Assembly: GCA_964517505.1 (NCBI GenBank)
Contig: CAZFED010000004.1
Location: forward strand, 238,369-302,368
Length of the DNA stretch: 64,000 bases
Direction of reading: 5' to 3'
DNA from: an uncultured Caproiciproducens sp.
GTDB taxonomy: Bacteria; Bacillota; Clostridia; Oscillospirales; Acutalibacteraceae
Shown here: positions 29,073 through 38,759 of the stretch, piece by piece
Position numbering within the stretch: position 1 is the stretch's first letter
Layout: every line of letters starts with the position of its first letter
Notes under the pieces: generated by a model
Told to the model about the DNA's origin: nothing
Databases searched by the model: none
The model's input: the letters and a program-made list of their open reading frames with translations, nothing else
Translations under genes and position numbers: made by a program

Positions 29073-29970
29073 TGTATGTCATGCCTCCTCCTTTTTTACC
29101 GTAAATGAACACTGCGATACTTAATATAGTTGTAATAGCAGCAAGTACCAAACCTACTGCAGCTGAATAGCCAAATTCATAATCATTAAATGCCTTATAG
29201 TAGGAATAATAATTAATAACCATTGTTGCGTTGTTTGGACCGCCTTTGGTAAGAACAAAGACAATATCAAAAACACCGACTGCAGAAATAAGAGAGTTCA
29301 GCGTGCAAAACCAAATATACGGTTTCAACAGCGGCATCTTTACTTTTACCATTGCAGTAAACTTGTTAGCTCCATCAATCAGTGCAGCTTCTTCCAGTTC
29401 AGCAGGTATGGACTGAAGCCCGGCAAGATAAAGCATCATATAATATCCTAAACCCTGCCAAATCGTGATAAACATCACACACAGCATAGCTGTATTCGTG
29501 CTGTCTTTGAACCCTAAAGGTTCACTGATAAGGCCCCAGTTCATGAGCAATGTGTTAATAGCGCCGTTGCTATCAAACAAAAATCCCCAAATAATTGCAA
29601 CTGCCACCATAGAGGTTACAACAGGTATATAATAAAGCACCCTGAAAAAGCTGATAGCAGGAAGCTTTTTATTCACAAGAATTGCCAGCAAAATTGATAA
29701 TATCTGCAATGGCGGGACAATCAAAACAAACAAAATCGAATTTATAATTGCGACTCTAAAATCCGGGTCACTGAATGCACGTGTGAAATTATCAATACCA
29801 ATAAATTTTGTTTGACCTACAACTGAATAATCGCAAAAAGCCAGAGGAATACTGCCGATAATGGGGATTACTGCAAAAAGGATTAGAATAACAAACGCAG
29901 GTGCCATAAAACAATAAGCAGCTATTGTTTGACGGGTTTTTGCCTTTAAAGAACTCATAAGTTGTCGCAC
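29065..29970 (-). CDS. Carbohydrate ABC transporter permease (MalF-like)
   Basis: EAA loop 'LEEAALIDGANKFTAMVKVKMP'. Overlaps the downstream permease by 8 nt. Confidence 0.8.
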   Translation of the reverse strand: MRQLMSSLKAKTRQTIAAYCFMAPAFVILILFAVIPIIGSIPLAFCDYSVVGQTKFIGIDNFTRAFSDPDFRVAIINSILFVLIVPPLQILSILLAILVNKKLPAISFFRVLYYIPVVTSMVAVAIIWGFLFDSNGAINTLLMNWGLISEPLGFKDSTNTAMLCVMFITIWQGLGYYMMLYLAGLQSIPAELEEAALIDGANKFTAMVKVKMPLLKPYIWFCTLNSLISAVGVFDIVFVLTKGGPNNATMVINYYSYYKAFNDYEFGYSAAVGLVLAAITTILSIAVFIYGKKGGGMTYND

Positions 29971-30099
29971 CTTTCATCAACAAGATTTTGGCACAGCATT
30001 ATTTGTATGTACAGCTAATTGTTTAATACGAAAATACTGAACTTAATATTACAGGCAAGGAATATTCCTTGCCTGTAACAACTTGGATTAATATTGTAA

Positions 30100-31407
30100 T
30101 TATTTACCTGCAAGAATTTTATTTACTTTTGTCTCTGCAGTATTAATTGCAGTTTGCGGATCTGTACTGCCCTGAATGCATGATTCATAAATCTTATTGA
30201 CAGCTTCTTGAGCGCTATCCTGATTTGGTATGCCCAAACAAATATCTGCAGATTTGTTCAGACTTTTTGCTGAGATGGAACGTACCTGACCTTCTAAGCT
30301 TGTGGTATCAGATGTAAAGAAAGAATCAGCAGCAGCTTTTGTGGTTGATGGAAAAACTGCGGTTGCCTTAGCTAATGCAAGTTGGCAATCATCATTTGTG
30401 ATGTAGTTTGCAAAATCGATTGCAGCTTTGTGATTCTTGCTTGCTGTTGGAACAACAACATTCATAAGAGCATCATAAACAATATTTGCTGTACCTACCA
30501 TTGGATCTGCAATTGCTATGTTTTTGTAAATGTTTGGTGCTTCATCCTTAACTCTGCTGACAGTCTCGCCGGAAGAATTGATGAGTGCAAGTTTGCCTGT
30601 TTCAAACAGTTTCAGTTGAGTGTCCCAGCTGCCCCAACCGGTCTTCGGCAGTACACCGCTTGTGGTCAATGACTTGAATTCTGTGATCTTGGCAAGTGTA
30701 GATGCATTATTGAATGCTGCCTTTGTTTTGTCAGAGCTCAGCATATCGATACCATCGAGGAACAACGCATGGTTAAACTCTTCAGGAACATATAAACTTG
30801 CGCCGGTCTTGTCCTTCATAGTCTTTGCCATTGCGTTTGCTTCTGCGTATGTTTTAGGTACGCTGGTCAACCCGGCTTTGGTAAACAGATCTTTGTTGTA
30901 AATCATTACGCTTGGTGCTGCATACCATGGGAATGCATAAACAGAATCGCCAACTTTTGCTGAATCGTAAAGAGACTTAATATAGATACCCTTTTGTTCG
31001 GCAGTGGCTTCTTTTTCTAAATCAACAACAGCATCTTTGGCTACAAGTGCTAATGTCATTTGTGTATTTAAATTAACAACGTCCGGAGAAGTTCCGCCTG
31101 CTGCTGCGGTAATCAATTTCTGCTGAATCGACTCGTAAGGAAGATCCACCCATTTAACAGTTACGTTCTTATTTTTCTCCTCATAAGTCTTAATCAAACC
31201 ATTGAACAAGTCGGTAAATGTCGGCTGCATTGAAATTGTCCAAAACTCTACTGTAACCGGTTTTGTACCGTCTGCTGCTGCAGTTGCTGCTGCTGAAGTT
31301 GTACCACCTGCCGTGCTTGAACAACCTGCAAAGGATGAACAAACTAAGCCTAACGCGAGAACAGATGCAAGAATTTTCTTTGAAATGTTCATGTTTACAC
31401 TCCTCAA
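30100..31407 (-). CDS. Sugar ABC transporter substrate-binding lipoprotein
   Basis: Signal peptide plus lipobox 'LVCSSFAGCSS'. 435 aa, SBP family 1 pattern. Confidence 0.8.
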   Translation of the reverse strand: MRSVNMNISKKILASVLALGLVCSSFAGCSSTAGGTTSAAATAAADGTKPVTVEFWTISMQPTFTDLFNGLIKTYEEKNKNVTVKWVDLPYESIQQKLITAAAGGTSPDVVNLNTQMTLALVAKDAVVDLEKEATAEQKGIYIKSLYDSAKVGDSVYAFPWYAAPSVMIYNKDLFTKAGLTSVPKTYAEANAMAKTMKDKTGASLYVPEEFNHALFLDGIDMLSSDKTKAAFNNASTLAKITEFKSLTTSGVLPKTGWGSWDTQLKLFETGKLALINSSGETVSRVKDEAPNIYKNIAIADPMVGTANIVYDALMNVVVPTASKNHKAAIDFANYITNDDCQLALAKATAVFPSTTKAAADSFFTSDTTSLEGQVRSISAKSLNKSADICLGIPNQDSAQEAVNKIYESCIQGSTDPQTAINTAETKVNKILAGK

Positions 31408-31969
31408 TAAAAATATTATTTGTAAGCGTTACAACAGTTTACACATCATCTATAAATGAAAACCTTCGGTGCCTAAACTATTAATAACCCTTATTTCCCC
31501 TTTAAAATGGAAATTGAAATTATGAGAAAACTCATTCTGCTTTCCATCGCACAAGTCGCTTTTATTTGACGTTTCAAGTATATCACAATAAAAAAATTTT
31601 TCAATAGATTTTAAAATTTATTTTTATATACAGATTTATTTGTCGTAATGTTAAATTTATTATTAGATTAAGATAAATTTTGATGATAAATTATTGTGAA
31701 TATATTAAATGCTCGAAAAAATAAAAAATATTTTTATTTTTTTATTCTGTTTTTCAAACACAAAAAACAAAACTCGTATAAAATCGGCCATAGACATTTT
31801 CGACATAAATTAACCCCTATCGCAATTTACAATTCTGCGGTAGAGGGGTAACGAATTTTCGTATTTTTAATCTTGACTTATCTGCACCGGAAGAATAAAA
31901 TATTAACGAATCTGTCAAAAGAAAAATAAATTAGCTTGCAAATATTTTTTGAAAGAACGAATGTAAAAT

Positions 31970-32830
31970 ATGAAAATGAAGTATTTAGGAACAGCGGCGG
32001 CAGAAGGTATTCCCGCACTGTTTTGCCAATGTCCATTATGTAAAAAAGCAAGAGAATTAAAGGGTAAAGACATTCGGGGGCGTTCCGGGCTCGTCATTGA
32101 TGATGAATTTATGATAGATTTTCCGCCGGATATTTTAACCTATGTGACTAAGTTTGATCTCGACCTTTCCAAAATAAAGCACCTGATTGTTACCCACAGC
32201 CATACTGACCACTTTGCTCCTGCGGATCTTGTTCTTAGACAGCCCGGCTGTTATTGCAATATCATTGACGGAGAACCAACCATTTACGTGTACGGCAACA
32301 ATGAGGTGCTCCGTCTAACCAAAGAGGCACTCATTACTGAGTATGGAACTGATCAGGTGGATTTTTTACAGACTAACCCATTAACCGCATTTCAAAAAAC
32401 ACAGATTGGCAATTTTTGCGTTACACCTCTGCCTGCTATGCACAAGCTCGACGAAGAAGCTTATATTTACCTTGTTGAAAAAAACAATATCACCTTGCTG
32501 TACGCCCATGATACGGGATTTTTTTCTCCAAGTGTGTTTCAATATTTGCAGGAAAACAAGCTTAATATTGATGTAATAAGTTTAGACTGTACCTGCTGTG
32601 CAAACAAGGAAGGCACCGGTCACATGGGGCTGCCTGATGATGTGGAGATACTTAAAAAATTAAGGGCAAACCAAAATATTACCGATCAGACAAAGTGCAT
32701 CGTCAATCACTTTAGCCACAATGGCTTGCTTACACATGCTCAGCTTGTAAAGGAAGCTCAAAAACATGGTATGACCGTTGCATATGATGGAATGGAAGTT
32801 GACCTACCATACGATAAATGTATCGACTGA
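31970..32830 (+). CDS. MBL-fold metallo-hydrolase
   Basis: Metal-binding 'HSHTDH' motif in a 286-aa protein. Confidence 0.55.
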   Translation: MKMKYLGTAAAEGIPALFCQCPLCKKARELKGKDIRGRSGLVIDDEFMIDFPPDILTYVTKFDLDLSKIKHLIVTHSHTDHFAPADLVLRQPGCYCNIIDGEPTIYVYGNNEVLRLTKEALITEYGTDQVDFLQTNPLTAFQKTQIGNFCVTPLPAMHKLDEEAYIYLVEKNNITLLYAHDTGFFSPSVFQYLQENKLNIDVISLDCTCCANKEGTGHMGLPDDVEILKKLRANQNITDQTKCIVNHFSHNGLLTHAQLVKEAQKHGMTVAYDGMEVDLPYDKCID

Positions 32831-33155
32831 AAATAGCAAAATACATACAATAAAGAGCCATTCTTGCTGCGGCGGTATAATTTTGACAATCGCGAAAGAG
32901 AAAACAAAATTGAAACGGAGCTGTTTCAGAATGAGCACATCGAGATATAAGGCGTAGGACTTATCATTTCCCGTAGAAACAGTAACCAGGCTTAGAGGAC
33001 GTCAGAGGGGGCTTAATTGAGATTCATGGTTTGATATGAAAATCGATATCAAATTTATTAGAACACTAATAATAGAATGGATTTATATATACGCATATCC
33101 ATTAAACATATAACGAAAAAGCCTTACAACCATTAGGATTGTAAGGCTTTTTATT

Positions 33156-33178
33156 TGGTGAACCATCGGGGATTCGAA
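33156..33178 (-). repeat. 23-nt exact direct repeat of the tRNA-Lys 3' end (T-loop to CCA); att-type scar
   Basis: TGGTGAACCATCGGGGATTCGAA at 33156-33178 equals 33331-33353, in the same orientation. It is preceded by its own terminator hairpin at 33121-33155. Confidence 0.7.
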
Positions 33179-33330
33179 GGTAGTGCCATACACTATCCGC
33201 GTTCCGCGGAAAGCTCCGTTTCATATAGTAAACCGGATATTGTGTGCTCTACGCAGCCTGTACCGCAGGGTTCTCACCACAATACCGCAAAAAATAAAAG
33301 AAGCACCATTTTAGGTGCTTCTTTTTTATT

Positions 33331-33406
33331 TGGTGAACCATCGGGGATTCGAACCCCGGACACCTTGATTAAAAGTCAAGTGCTCTACCGACTGAGCTAA
33401 TGATTC
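33331..33406 (-). tRNA. tRNA-Lys (anticodon TTT)
   Basis: Hand-folded as GAATCAT/ATGGTTC acceptor, GCTC/GAGC D-stem and CTTGA/TCAAG anticodon stem with loop CTTTTAA. CCA is encoded. Confidence 0.85.
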
Positions 33407-33493
33407 ATGACAACCTGTATATTATATCAGCTTTTGACGCCGATGTCAACAATAAAATGCCTGTCCGCGATTTAAGCCCGTGGACAGGCTTTT

Positions 33494-33569
33494 TGGCTGG
33501 GCTGGCAGGATTTGAACCTACGGAATGACGGAGTCAAAGTCCGTTGCCTTACCCCTTGGCTACAGCCCA
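33494..33569 (-). tRNA. tRNA-Gln (anticodon TTG)
   Basis: Acceptor TGGGCTG/CAGCCCA. Anticodon stem ACGGA/TCCGT with loop CTTTGAC. CCA is encoded. Confidence 0.8.
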
Positions 33570-33616
33570 ATGTTAAGCGCGAAACAATCAGCCTTTGCCT
33601 CGCGCCGCTTTTTAAA

Positions 33617-33695
33617 TGGGGTGGAAGATGGGATTCGAACCCACGATCTCCAGTGCCACAAACTGGCGCTTTAACCGACTAAGCTACATCCACCA
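33617..33695 (-). tRNA. tRNA-His (anticodon GTG) with an extra 5' G(-1)
   Basis: Anticodon loop TTGTGGC. G(-1):C73 pairing is typical of tRNA-His. One U-U mismatch in the acceptor stem. Ends are approximate. Confidence 0.7.
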
Positions 33696-33699
33696 TATT

Positions 33700-33776
33700 T
33701 GGTGCGCCAAAAGGGACTCGAACCCCTGACCTACTGCTTAGAAGGCAGTTGCTCTATCCAGCTGAGCTATTGGCGC
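33700..33776 (-). tRNA. tRNA-Arg (anticodon TCT)
   Basis: Acceptor GCGCCAA/TTGGCGC. Anticodon stem ACTGC/GCAGT with loop CTTCTAA. Confidence 0.8.
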
Positions 33777-33788
33777 ACATCATGCCAA

Positions 33789-33862
33789 TGGAGCGAGTGA
33801 TGGGAATCGAACCCACACGACCAGCTTGGAAGGCTGGAGTTCTACCACTGAACTACACTCGC
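33789..33862 (-). tRNA. tRNA-Gly (anticodon TCC)
   Basis: Acceptor GCGAGTG/CACTCGC. Anticodon stem CCAGC/GCTGG with loop CTTCCAA. Confidence 0.8.
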
Positions 33863-33880
33863 ATTTTAGCGACGGCTATT

Positions 33881-33910
33881 ATTGTAGCATAGTCCAGTGG
33901 CAAATGTCAA
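33881..33910 (-). promoter_or_regulatory. Sigma-A-type promoter of the tRNA cluster (TTGACA, 18 nt, TACAAT)
   Basis: On the minus strand: TTGACATTTGCCACTGGACTATGCTACAAT, about 20 nt upstream of the tRNA-Gly 5' end. An A/T-rich UP-like tract lies at 33941-33957. Confidence 0.55.
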
Positions 33911-33949
33911 TGGTTTATTGTAAGTTCCCCAGATTTTGATAAAATATTT

Positions 33950-36241
33950 TTATTTTAGTACATCCAGCCTAATTCCATCCTTCTCATCGGCAGTAACTGA
34001 AATGCCTGTGATGGCTTCACTGTAATTGTCGACAATCAGGGATGCAATCTTATCCTCCACCTGGCGGCGGATGAGGTTACGCAAATCTCTTGCGCCGCTC
34101 TTGCCGCCGATTGCGTGTTCAGCAAGATAGTGAGTCGCCTTATCGTCATAAACCAGCTTGATGCTGCGCTCCTTTAATGAATCAACATATTCATTGAGCA
34201 TTAAGCGCGAGATTGCCTCAAAATCCTCTGTCTTGAGTTGGCGGAACACGATAATCTCATCTACACGGCTTATAAATTCAGGGCGCAAAAACTCAGAGAG
34301 GGCTTTAAGCGCCTTTTCGCGCGTAACATCCGTCTCGTTTTTGGCAAAGCCTAAAGTGCCTTCCTTTTTCTCGCTGCCCGCATTGGAGGTCATTACGAGA
34401 ACCGTATTTTCGAAATTGACGGTGCGGCCGTGCGCATCGGTAATACGGCCCTCGTCAAGTATTTGCAGTAGAATATTCATTACGTCGGGATGTGCCTTTT
34501 CAATTTCGTCGAAAAGCAGTACGGAGTAAGGGCGGCGGCGCACCTTTTCAGTAACCTGGCCAGCCTCGTCATAACCTACATATCCCGGGGGTGAACCGAT
34601 GATACGCGACACCGAGTGCTTTTCCATAAACTCAGACATATCGAGTCGTATCAGTGTTTCAGGTGTATCAAAAAGTTCCTTAGAAAGCACTTTTACCAAC
34701 TCAGTTTTGCCCACGCCGGTCGGCCCGACAAAGATAAAGGACGCTGGCCTGCGGCGGGGACTGATTTGTACCCTGCTGCGGCGAATCGCGGCCGAAACGG
34801 CCTTAACGGCCTCCATTTGGCCAATCACCTTGGAGTTTAAAGTGTCCTCGATATCGGCAAGCTTGCGCAGTTCATTTTCCTGTATTCTGCTTGCGGGGAT
34901 ACCCGTCCAGAGCTCAATGACTTTGGCGATATCCTTTTCCTCAACGGCGGCTCCAAGTGCCATAGGCGCAAGTTCCCTTGTCCTTGCCGTTAATTTTGAA
35001 ATATCTGTGCGTATTTGCGCCAGTTTTTCGTAGTCAGGCTGTATGCCGTCAGCAGTGAGTTCTTCCTCCTGATCCTTTAACTTTTCAAGTTCAAAGCTTA
35101 CGGTGTCATAATCCGCCATTGGAATATTGCGCAGCGCAGCACAGGCACAGGACTCATCAAGCAGGTCTATTGCTTTATCCGGCAGAAAACGGTCGTTGAT
35201 ATAGCGTTCAGAAAGCACCACAGCTTTCTTCACAATCTCATCCGGAACGCGAACACGGTGATAATCCTCGTAGTATGACTTAATCCCCATGAGTACGTCT
35301 ACCGTTTCATCAATAGACGGCTCTGCAATAGTCACCGGCTGGAAACGCCTTTCGAGTGCGGCGTCCTTTTCGATGTATTTGCGGTACTCTACAAAAGTAG
35401 TGGCGCCGATTACCTGAATTTCACCCCTTGACAGTGCAGGTTTCAGGATATTGGCGGCGTTCATGGAGCCTTCCGCGTCGCCTGTGCCGACAAGATTATG
35501 CACCTCGTCGATAAACAGTATGATATTGCCCTCAGCCTTCACCTCGTCGACAAGCCCTTTTATACGGCTTTCAAACTGGCCGCGGAACTGTGTACCGGCA
35601 ACCAGTGAGGTTAAATCGAGCAGGTGAATTTCTTTTTTCATCAATCTTGCAGGTACGGTTCCATTTGCAATACGCAAGGCAAGGCCCTCCGCCACAGCAG
35701 TTTTACCAACGCCCGGTTCACCGATTAAACAAGGATTGTTTTTCGTCCGGCGGCTCAAAATCTGAATAACGCGTGAAATTTCTTTGTCGCGGCCGATAAT
35801 ATTGTCTATCTCCCCGCGTTTTGCCTTAGCGGTCAAATTTGTGCAGTAGGCATCGAGGTGTTTACGCTTTGTTTTGCGTCTTTCTTTTCTATCCTTTTTT
35901 GCGGTATCATTGTTTTGCACCTGCTCAGGAATACTCTCATTGCTGGAAAAAATATTTTGAAGGAACGGAAAAGTTGCAGCGCCTCCCGGTATAAAACCGT
36001 CGTCGCCACTTTCCTCCTCGTCATCATTTTCTTTTGGATTGGCACTCATCAATTCATTGAGTTCCGCCTCCATAGCCTCCATCTGCTCTTCGGTAATTCC
36101 CATCTTCTCCATCAAATCATTAACAGGCTTAATTCCGAGCTCTTTTGCACAGACAAGGCAGAGGCCCTGGCTCTCTTTTGAATCGACCGTCGGTGAAATA
36201 AACACAACCGCCGGTCTTTTATGACATCTTGAACACATCAT
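33950..36241 (-). CDS. clpE: Clp ATPase with N-terminal zinc ribbon and two AAA+ modules (ClpE-type)
   Basis: N-terminal CxxC...CxxC ('CSRCHKRP...CLVCAKE'). Walker A 'GEPGVGKT' and 'GPTGVGKT'. 763 aa. Confidence 0.75.
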   Translation of the reverse strand: MMCSRCHKRPAVVFISPTVDSKESQGLCLVCAKELGIKPVNDLMEKMGITEEQMEAMEAELNELMSANPKENDDEEESGDDGFIPGGAATFPFLQNIFSSNESIPEQVQNNDTAKKDRKERRKTKRKHLDAYCTNLTAKAKRGEIDNIIGRDKEISRVIQILSRRTKNNPCLIGEPGVGKTAVAEGLALRIANGTVPARLMKKEIHLLDLTSLVAGTQFRGQFESRIKGLVDEVKAEGNIILFIDEVHNLVGTGDAEGSMNAANILKPALSRGEIQVIGATTFVEYRKYIEKDAALERRFQPVTIAEPSIDETVDVLMGIKSYYEDYHRVRVPDEIVKKAVVLSERYINDRFLPDKAIDLLDESCACAALRNIPMADYDTVSFELEKLKDQEEELTADGIQPDYEKLAQIRTDISKLTARTRELAPMALGAAVEEKDIAKVIELWTGIPASRIQENELRKLADIEDTLNSKVIGQMEAVKAVSAAIRRSRVQISPRRRPASFIFVGPTGVGKTELVKVLSKELFDTPETLIRLDMSEFMEKHSVSRIIGSPPGYVGYDEAGQVTEKVRRRPYSVLLFDEIEKAHPDVMNILLQILDEGRITDAHGRTVNFENTVLVMTSNAGSEKKEGTLGFAKNETDVTREKALKALSEFLRPEFISRVDEIIVFRQLKTEDFEAISRLMLNEYVDSLKERSIKLVYDDKATHYLAEHAIGGKSGARDLRNLIRRQVEDKIASLIVDNYSEAITGISVTADEKDGIRLDVLK

Positions 36242-36290
36242 AGGTTAAACTCACTTCTTCTCTTTCAAAAATTATATAGCAACATAACAC

Positions 36291-36908
36291 TTATTTTTGT
36301 TTTGTTTTTTGTTTTTTATCCATTAACTCATTAATATCCATGACATCCTTGGGGTCGTTCGAACGTAAAATTGATAAAAATATCTTAAAATACTGTATAA
36401 ACGCGTAGATCATAAATGCAGCTGTAATGGAAAGAAGGATTAGCGTAAGCGTAAGGTTTTCAATCCCCCAAATACCCTTTAATGCTACCATGATTGTAAA
36501 TGAAACATAAAAAAGAATCGTGGCGACCTTGCCATACCATTTTGAGCCGCTCGGCCTTTTGTTTTTCTTGATTAAAAGACACGCGGCGGTCACCATTAAA
36601 ACCTCTTTTAATACAAAGATACCCAAAAGCGGAATTAAAATAGGCTGTTCCACTGCAAGGCAGATTGCAACCGCACCCTGCGTCAGCTTGTCGGAAAGCG
36701 GATCAAGCATCTGTCCCAACTCTGTAAACTGATTAAATTTGCGGGCAATCATACCGTCGAACATATCCGAAAGACCGGAAATAACCAACACAATTCCGGC
36801 CGGTACGATTTCATTGCGTAAAAAGAATATTACAAACGGAACAATCAGAAGAATGCGTAAAATAGATAGTGCATTTGGTATATTAATATTCTTATTCCTG
36901 TTTTTCAT
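36291..36908 (-). CDS. pgsA: CDP-diacylglycerol--glycerol-3-phosphate 3-phosphatidyltransferase
   Basis: CDP-alcohol phosphatidyltransferase signature 'DMFDGMIARKFNQFTELGQMLDPLSDKL'. Confidence 0.75.
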   Translation of the reverse strand: MKNRNKNINIPNALSILRILLIVPFVIFFLRNEIVPAGIVLVISGLSDMFDGMIARKFNQFTELGQMLDPLSDKLTQGAVAICLAVEQPILIPLLGIFVLKEVLMVTAACLLIKKNKRPSGSKWYGKVATILFYVSFTIMVALKGIWGIENLTLTLILLSITAAFMIYAFIQYFKIFLSILRSNDPKDVMDINELMDKKQKTKQK

Positions 36909-36924
36909 TCGTATTTACTCCATT

Positions 36925-37443
36925 CTAAATTTCCGCTTGATACAGTAAATATACCGGATTATTAATATATAAATACTTGTAGATATTGGACTGGCTAATT
37001 TCCTTCTCCTTTATATTCGGAAATTTCACAGTGATAATCGGAAGTGTAAGCTGCAGAACCGCACAAATAAGAAATACAACCAAAACCCCTTTTGCCAACC
37101 CAAAAACCCCGCCGAGCAGGGAATTGGCTTGATGCAAAACAGGCAGTCTGCACACTGCATCCAGCGCGCGTGAAGCCAATTGAATCAAAAGCTGAAGTAT
37201 TACAAAAATCACAATCATACATATGATTTTAATCACGGTATGGCTGAGTACAGTCACAGGGCGTAATTTCGTCAGATAAGTGCCGGCCCAGTCTGCAAGA
37301 AAGTCCGACAGCACAACTGCCGCGATGATTGCAAATATGTAGCCAATCAGTTCAACAAGCGAACGGACAAGTCCTATCTTAAAGCCCGAAATGATAAAAC
37401 ACAGAACGATTACACATAATATAACGTCGAGTATTGTGCCCAC
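36925..37443 (-). CDS. CvpA-family membrane protein
   Basis: 172 aa with four TM segments. N-terminal 'ILDVILCVIVLCFIISGFKIG' pattern typical of CvpA. Confidence 0.55.
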   Translation of the reverse strand: MGTILDVILCVIVLCFIISGFKIGLVRSLVELIGYIFAIIAAVVLSDFLADWAGTYLTKLRPVTVLSHTVIKIICMIVIFVILQLLIQLASRALDAVCRLPVLHQANSLLGGVFGLAKGVLVVFLICAVLQLTLPIITVKFPNIKEKEISQSNIYKYLYINNPVYLLYQAEI

Positions 37444-37517
37444 TTTTTGCCTCCTTGTTTAATCCATCCGTTTATATATAAAAGATAATATATCACAAAA
37501 TAGAAATTTGTACAAGC

Positions 37518-38759
37518 CTATCGGCTGTTGGCAAACCGGATTTCGGAAACGCCCAAAATATAGACCGAGCTTTCGTCACGCAGCCCGATTGCTTTGGCAT
37601 CACTGCCGGCACTGCAGCTCCCCATGGAGCCGCCCGTGGTTACAGAGTAGAAATACACCTGTCCGTCCGCAAGAGCAGCCACGGTGTCACCATAAAGCGA
37701 AACCGACTTGATGCTTTGTTTCAAATTAATCGTAACCGTTGCTTTACCTGTTTTGTCGAGTATTACAAGCTTGCTGTTTGCACAATCCCCATACGGGGAT
37801 AGGCTTAGCACCGTCCTGGAGGCATCCACACAATATGCAGAAAGCTGCAGGCCCTGATAGTCAAAGTTTGTCTTTGTTCGTTGGTTCGCTTGGATAACCA
37901 CAGTCAGCTTATCGCCAACTGCTACAACGGTGCCATCGTCACAATAGTCGACGTCAAGCATCATATTTTCTGAGTAAACAGCGTATGGCGAAACCGTTTT
38001 TTCGCTATTGAGGTTAAGAAGATATACCGCGGAAACCAATCCGCCGTCCTTAGCAGAGACCGCCGTTACCGCAGCCTTGGTGCCGTCTTGATTGAGCGCG
38101 GCGGCGGTCGGGTAATATTCAGAAAACCAGTAGCGGGACTGGGGCTTATTGTCAGCCGTATAAGCTGTCAGCTGCCCGAAGTATCCACCGGCCTCAGTAA
38201 TGAGCGCATAGCGCCCGTTGCCGGCGAGTGCCCCCGCAAGTATATTCTCCTGCCCGTTTGCTTTCACCAGCGTTTTACTCTGGCCTTCAAGCTGATATCC
38301 CTTCCCACCCAAGTTATAGATGAGCATTCGATTGCCTTTTACCTTCATGACCGGTTTTGAAAAGCTGTGCTGACGGCTGACAACTTCCTTTGCCGTTGAA
38401 TTCAGCGCGGTCATTGCAATATCGCTGACAATAACGGCTTCTTTATTCACTGATTCGAAGTTGCCCACTGAAACGAAGTTTCCGGCTATCTTTGCAGGAT
38501 AACCGTCACCAATACCCATACCCACAACACTATTCTGTACCCACTCCACCACATTTGAAGGCGTAAGGTTACTGCGGTTAAACCAAACAAGCATAACCAA
38601 AACACATAGAATTAAAATGAGAATGATTTTATATACCCAGCGAGGAATACGGCTTTCCCGGTGAACCCGCTTTTTCCTGCGTCTTTCTTCCGGTAATAGG
38701 TGCTTAACTGCGTCTATCTCGGTTGTGTCAAAGCGCTGCCCGCTGTCATTCATACTCAT
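37518..38759 (-). CDS. Hypothetical membrane-anchored protein (single N-terminal TM, large beta-rich ectodomain)
   Basis: 413 aa. Basic N-terminal tail 'EERRRKKRVHRESRIPRW' before the TM. No recognisable catalytic motif. Sits between truA and cvpA. Confidence 0.4.
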   Translation of the reverse strand: MSMNDSGQRFDTTEIDAVKHLLPEERRRKKRVHRESRIPRWVYKIILILILCVLVMLVWFNRSNLTPSNVVEWVQNSVVGMGIGDGYPAKIAGNFVSVGNFESVNKEAVIVSDIAMTALNSTAKEVVSRQHSFSKPVMKVKGNRMLIYNLGGKGYQLEGQSKTLVKANGQENILAGALAGNGRYALITEAGGYFGQLTAYTADNKPQSRYWFSEYYPTAAALNQDGTKAAVTAVSAKDGGLVSAVYLLNLNSEKTVSPYAVYSENMMLDVDYCDDGTVVAVGDKLTVVIQANQRTKTNFDYQGLQLSAYCVDASRTVLSLSPYGDCANSKLVILDKTGKATVTINLKQSIKSVSLYGDTVAALADGQVYFYSVTTGGSMGSCSAGSDAKAIGLRDESSVYILGVSEIRFANSR

